10,220 bases of DNA from Promethearchaeota archaeon. Lineage in GTDB: Archaea > Asgardarchaeota > Hermodarchaeia > Hermodarchaeales > Hermodarchaeaceae. Each line of letters opens with the position of its first letter. Position 1 is the stretch's first letter. The position numbers and the translations under genes are program-made. The notes below the pieces were generated by a model. The model was not told where the DNA came from. It saw only the letters and a program-made list of their open reading frames with translations, and did not search any database. Shown here in pieces: positions 7,595 to 10,220 of this stretch. Where the stretch lies: positions 1 through 10,220 of the forward strand of contig JBHLMG010000039.1 of NCBI GenBank assembly GCA_048938385.1, in the 5' to 3' direction.

Positions 7595-7960
7595 CTAGAT
7601 TGTGGCTGGGCAACCAGGACAATTGAATTTCTCTCGCATAGGACAGGCCGCACAGTTCGAACCACACGGTGGAGCGTCAAGTCTAGTAGTTGGCAATCGA
7701 GGTTCAAAATCTTCAGGGTAGGCAATATCCTCTGTGATGAAGACATCCACTTTTTCTGCTCCAAGAAGTTCAGGATTATCAGCTGGACCCTCAAACCACC
7801 ACCGTAGCGTGTCTGGAACGATAAAGGTCATCGTGGTCTTTTTTCCTGAGGTTCCAGCGATCACGAGATGGGGACAGTGTTTCATAGACGCAATAACTGC
7901 GTTTGCCTTTTCGCTATTCGCGTATTCAGTGATGAATATGCCACAGATGTTTTTACTCAT
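7595..7960 (-). CDS. Small Cys-cluster protein, possibly a stand-alone Lrp/AsnC-type ligand-binding-like domain with a C-terminal metal/Fe-S motif
   Basis: 121 aa. It has an internal HCPH and a C-terminal PCGSNCAACPMREKFNCPGCP (Cx3Cx2Cx7Cx2C), and no HTH is visible. It starts 15 nt after the upstream stop with an AGGTTGA RBS-like sequence. Confidence 0.75.
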   Translation of the reverse strand: MSKNICGIFITEYANSEKANAVIASMKHCPHLVIAGTSGKKTTMTFIVPDTLRWWFEGPADNPELLGAEKVDVFITEDIAYPEDFEPRLPTTRLDAPPCGSNCAACPMREKFNCPGCPATI

Positions 7961-7975
7961 TTTAAATCAACCTTC

Positions 7976-9004
7976 TCATGTTTTAGTTAGTGGTTGCATA
8001 TCGACATCAGAAAAATACCGAAATGCTCGGTCTTCGTGTTTTTCGAGTAGCTTCTTGCCATACATCTGAAACGCCTTCAGGCTTGTTAGACCACCAATCT
8101 TCTTTGTGAATGTCAGGTTCAGTTCCCAGCCGCTTTTCCGTAAGGCACCAGTAGGTGTTTTCCAATTCGGATTTAAGTCAACTAATTGAACTTGTATTCC
8201 ATACGGTTTTAGCGTGGGAGTGATGACTTGGTCAAGGAATGACCAAGTGGTCAATCCTGTTTCACTTCCTCGGTTGTTATGAAAGGTTTCAGCGTCAACT
8301 ACGAGAAACCCTCCGTTAGTCTCTTCGTGTGTACTAAAAGCCGCAAAAATCCAAAGGAACCTGAAAAAGTGTTTAACTCGTTTTTTCAATCGGAATTGTT
8401 GTGGTGGAAGATCAACATCCTTCACTCCTAGTGTGGATTGCTTGAGGTTGCTTAAGAGTGTATAAACTGGTTTGAAGACTTTTGATTGTTGATCAGAGAA
8501 TGTGTCAGGAAATTCGACCACTTTCATTTTCAGGGGAGGAACGGTAATGGCCTCTACAATCTCCTCAGGTTTTAGTGTCGAGCGGATGCGCTCTAATCGT
8601 TTCAAACCTTCAAAAGGCTCAATGAAGGTGTGATACTCATCATTGGTTACTGATCGACCGAGTCTTTTCTCATAGTCTTCCCGAGTTGCTCCCGCATGCG
8701 CCTTTTCAGACGCACAAGGAAATCGTGAACAATAGGCACAGTTCTTGATGTCCATCTTAGTGACACATTTCCGAATTTGACAACCTCGTCGGAAATTTGC
8801 GTGCCAATGCTTGGCATTCTTTCCGATTTTGTCTTCGGGTGTTAAACATAATAAGCAAGGCTTTTCTGTAGGTGTATACCCCATGATTGTCTTTGCCTGT
8901 TTCCGAAAATCGTTGAATTCCTCATCTGGGATTCCTTTGCGGGTGATTGGGGACCAAGGGCATGCTGCACAGTTCATTCCGCATTTTGAAATAACTTCTG
9001 GCAT
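7976..9004 (-). CDS. DUF3795-like cysteine-rich domain protein with an uncharacterised C-terminal region
   Basis: The N-terminus CGMNCAAC...CLLC...CQIRKC..KMDIKNCAYCSRFPC has 10 Cys in the spacing typical of DUF3795. The remaining ~240 aa are Cys-free and not recognised. Confidence 0.82.
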   Translation of the reverse strand: MPEVISKCGMNCAACPWSPITRKGIPDEEFNDFRKQAKTIMGYTPTEKPCLLCLTPEDKIGKNAKHWHANFRRGCQIRKCVTKMDIKNCAYCSRFPCASEKAHAGATREDYEKRLGRSVTNDEYHTFIEPFEGLKRLERIRSTLKPEEIVEAITVPPLKMKVVEFPDTFSDQQSKVFKPVYTLLSNLKQSTLGVKDVDLPPQQFRLKKRVKHFFRFLWIFAAFSTHEETNGGFLVVDAETFHNNRGSETGLTTWSFLDQVITPTLKPYGIQVQLVDLNPNWKTPTGALRKSGWELNLTFTKKIGGLTSLKAFQMYGKKLLEKHEDRAFRYFSDVDMQPLTKT

Positions 9005-9011
9005 GAGAAAC

Positions 9012-9139
9012 CACTCGGCTGGAAAGTATCGCTGGGGTTCCTCTGTCGGTTTCTCCTATATAATCAGGGAGTCTTGTAGCGAAGTGAATTCTCTAGAGCA
9101 CAAGTAGGCCGAGATGACCAACCCCTCCGCCACCGAGTG
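9012..9139. repeat. Long imperfect nested inverted repeat (possible structured RNA element)
   Basis: Nested complementary pairs: CACTCGG 9012-9018/CCGAGTG 9133-9139, TGG 9020-9022/CCA 9130-9132, GGGGTT 9034-9039/AACCCC 9120-9125, TCGG 9046-9049/CCGA 9109-9112, CTTGT 9073-9077/ACAAG 9100-9104. Confidence 0.5.
9057..9063 (-). promoter_or_regulatory. Candidate TATA box for the DUF3795-like gene pair
   Basis: Minus strand TTATATA, ending 52 nt upstream of the ATG at 9004, in the only sizeable gap of the cluster. Confidence 0.5.
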
Positions 9140-9638
9140 TGCAACCCATCATGTCCTTCTGATAGATTCGAAGCGTAAACCCAGCATGGGGTTCTTCTTG
9201 CTCACCCACCTTTTGATAACCTAGTTTCTCGTAAAAGTGATGATTGCGAGTATGCCACTCTGGTGTATCAAGGATCCACCGCTTCGCTGGAAAGGTTCGA
9301 TGAATGTATTCCATTGTAAAGGTCCCGATACCGAGACCTTGGTACTCGGGATCTAGAAATATTGTCCCTAGTACATTCGAACCCTTCTCTGGGTAGTTCT
9401 TGAATATGATGAAAGCACCGATTAATGTATCACCTAAGATTATCTTATAACACTCACCAGGACCCATAAATTGCTGAAAAAATCGTCCATCATTGTAACC
9501 ATCTGGACCACCCTCAGGCTCGCCACGAAAACGTTGTGTATCATCATCAAAGCTTCGCGTCATTACAGCCGTGAGGGCTGGAATATCTGCCCTAGTTGCT
9601 ATTACATATTGAAGTTGATCTAAATCGGCTTTTCTCAT
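9093..9638 (-). CDS. GNAT family N-acetyltransferase (start probably the ATG at 9638 rather than the GTG at 9650)
   Basis: It has the acetyl-CoA-binding motif A (IFLDPEYQGLGIGT) and motif B (NHHFYEKLGY). AGGTGA lies 8 nt upstream of the ATG at 9638. Confidence 0.92.
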   Translation of the reverse strand: MRKADLDQLQYVIATRADIPALTAVMTRSFDDDTQRFRGEPEGGPDGYNDGRFFQQFMGPGECYKIILGDTLIGAFIIFKNYPEKGSNVLGTIFLDPEYQGLGIGTFTMEYIHRTFPAKRWILDTPEWHTRNHHFYEKLGYQKVGEQEEPHAGFTLRIYQKDMMGCTLGGGGVGHLGLLVL

Positions 9639-9650
9639 TCGTAGAATCAC

Positions 9651-10139
9651 CTACTTGATTATTGGATAGTAGAGATCTAACACCAGGTCTGCACCTGCGT
9701 CTGGATCGCGAGGCTTTTCAAGACCTGGATGTCCACGGTACTTGTACCCGTGTGCTTTTGCCCATTTTTCCAAACGATGCCAAGATTCCAAGATCCCATG
9801 TTTTTTGAAGAAGTCTGACTCCAATTCCTCCTTTAACACACAGGTGGTGACCGCGTACTCGCCGCCCTCCACTTCCTTCACTTCAACCAGATCGTCTGAC
9901 TCGATATCATCCCCTACGCGAATCCAGAACATGTAACCGTATTCACGCTTCCCTGGTTCCGGTGGAGGATCATTGAATCCAAAAACTGGGTGTTTTTCCA
10001 AATCACCCAGCAGTCCTTTCGCTGCAGCCCAAGCACGTATCTTAGCCCAGGCTTCTAATTCTGGTGTAACGCTAATTACGCGTAAACTTGCTACCCGCAT
10101 CGGAGCAAGCTTAACGATACGCACTTCCTTGTTTTTCAT
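9651..10139 (-). CDS. Stand-alone GyrI-like (AraC effector-binding-type) small-molecule-binding protein
   Basis: Motifs VRIVKLAPMRVAS...PE..AW...WA...FGFNDPPP....YGY.FWI...GGEYAVT...W..L..W...LE...LDLYYPI are typical of the GyrI-like fold. No HTH is present. An AAGGAG RBS lies upstream. Confidence 0.9.
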   Translation of the reverse strand: MKNKEVRIVKLAPMRVASLRVISVTPELEAWAKIRAWAAAKGLLGDLEKHPVFGFNDPPPEPGKREYGYMFWIRVGDDIESDDLVEVKEVEGGEYAVTTCVLKEELESDFFKKHGILESWHRLEKWAKAHGYKYRGHPGLEKPRDPDAGADLVLDLYYPIIK

Positions 10140-10165
10140 TTTGCTCCTTCCTTTTCATACGCCTC

Positions 10166-10220
10166 TTAGGAGGATTGTTGAATCTCCTTGATGGGCTGAT
10201 ACAAGTCTAGCACTAGCTCC
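10166..10220 (-). CDS. C-terminal end of a second GyrI-like paralogue (partial, enters from the right edge)
   Basis: The minus strand from 10219 translates ELVLDLYQPIKEIQQSS* (TAA at 10168-10166), matching the C-terminus DLVLDLYYPIIK* of the adjacent gene. Confidence 0.75.
   Translation of the reverse strand, partial: ELVLDLYQPIKEIQQSS

Noticed and set aside
5322-9095. Window-wide TAG recoding
   Set aside because: Read-through of the TAGs at 5322-5324 and 7595-7597 meets another stop within a few codons, and the TAG at 9093-9095 is out of frame with the next gene. No long ORF contains an internal TAG.
7349-10191. Track ORFs 7349-7546, 7570-7794, 7734-8069, 8811-9107, 9742-9936 and 9973-10191
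   Set aside because: They overlap better-supported genes on the opposite strand or in another frame.

Overview
The window looks archaeal: TATA-like boxes, GAGG/GGTGA ribosome-binding sites and sequon-rich surface proteins. An Asgard-type origin is plausible but is only an inference. The first 3.77 kb is one long minus-strand ORF missing from the ORF track because it runs off the left edge. It encodes a double-length UvrA-family ABC ATPase (>1256 aa, three nucleotide-binding domains visible). Its two halves carry complementary deletions: half 1 keeps the UvrB-binding-type insert and lacks the insertion domain, while half 2 shows the reverse. Divergently transcribed are two tandem paralogous membrane-anchored 7-repeat beta-propeller-like proteins and a small PH-fold-like protein. 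Converging from the right is a minus-strand cluster: a partial GyrI-like paralogue (not in the track), a GyrI-like protein, a GNAT acetyltransferase, a DUF3795-like Cys-rich protein and a small Cys-cluster protein. A nested inverted-repeat element lies at the GNAT/DUF3795 junction. No rRNA, tRNA, CRISPR array or transposase was recognised. All family calls come from reading motifs by eye, not from database searches.
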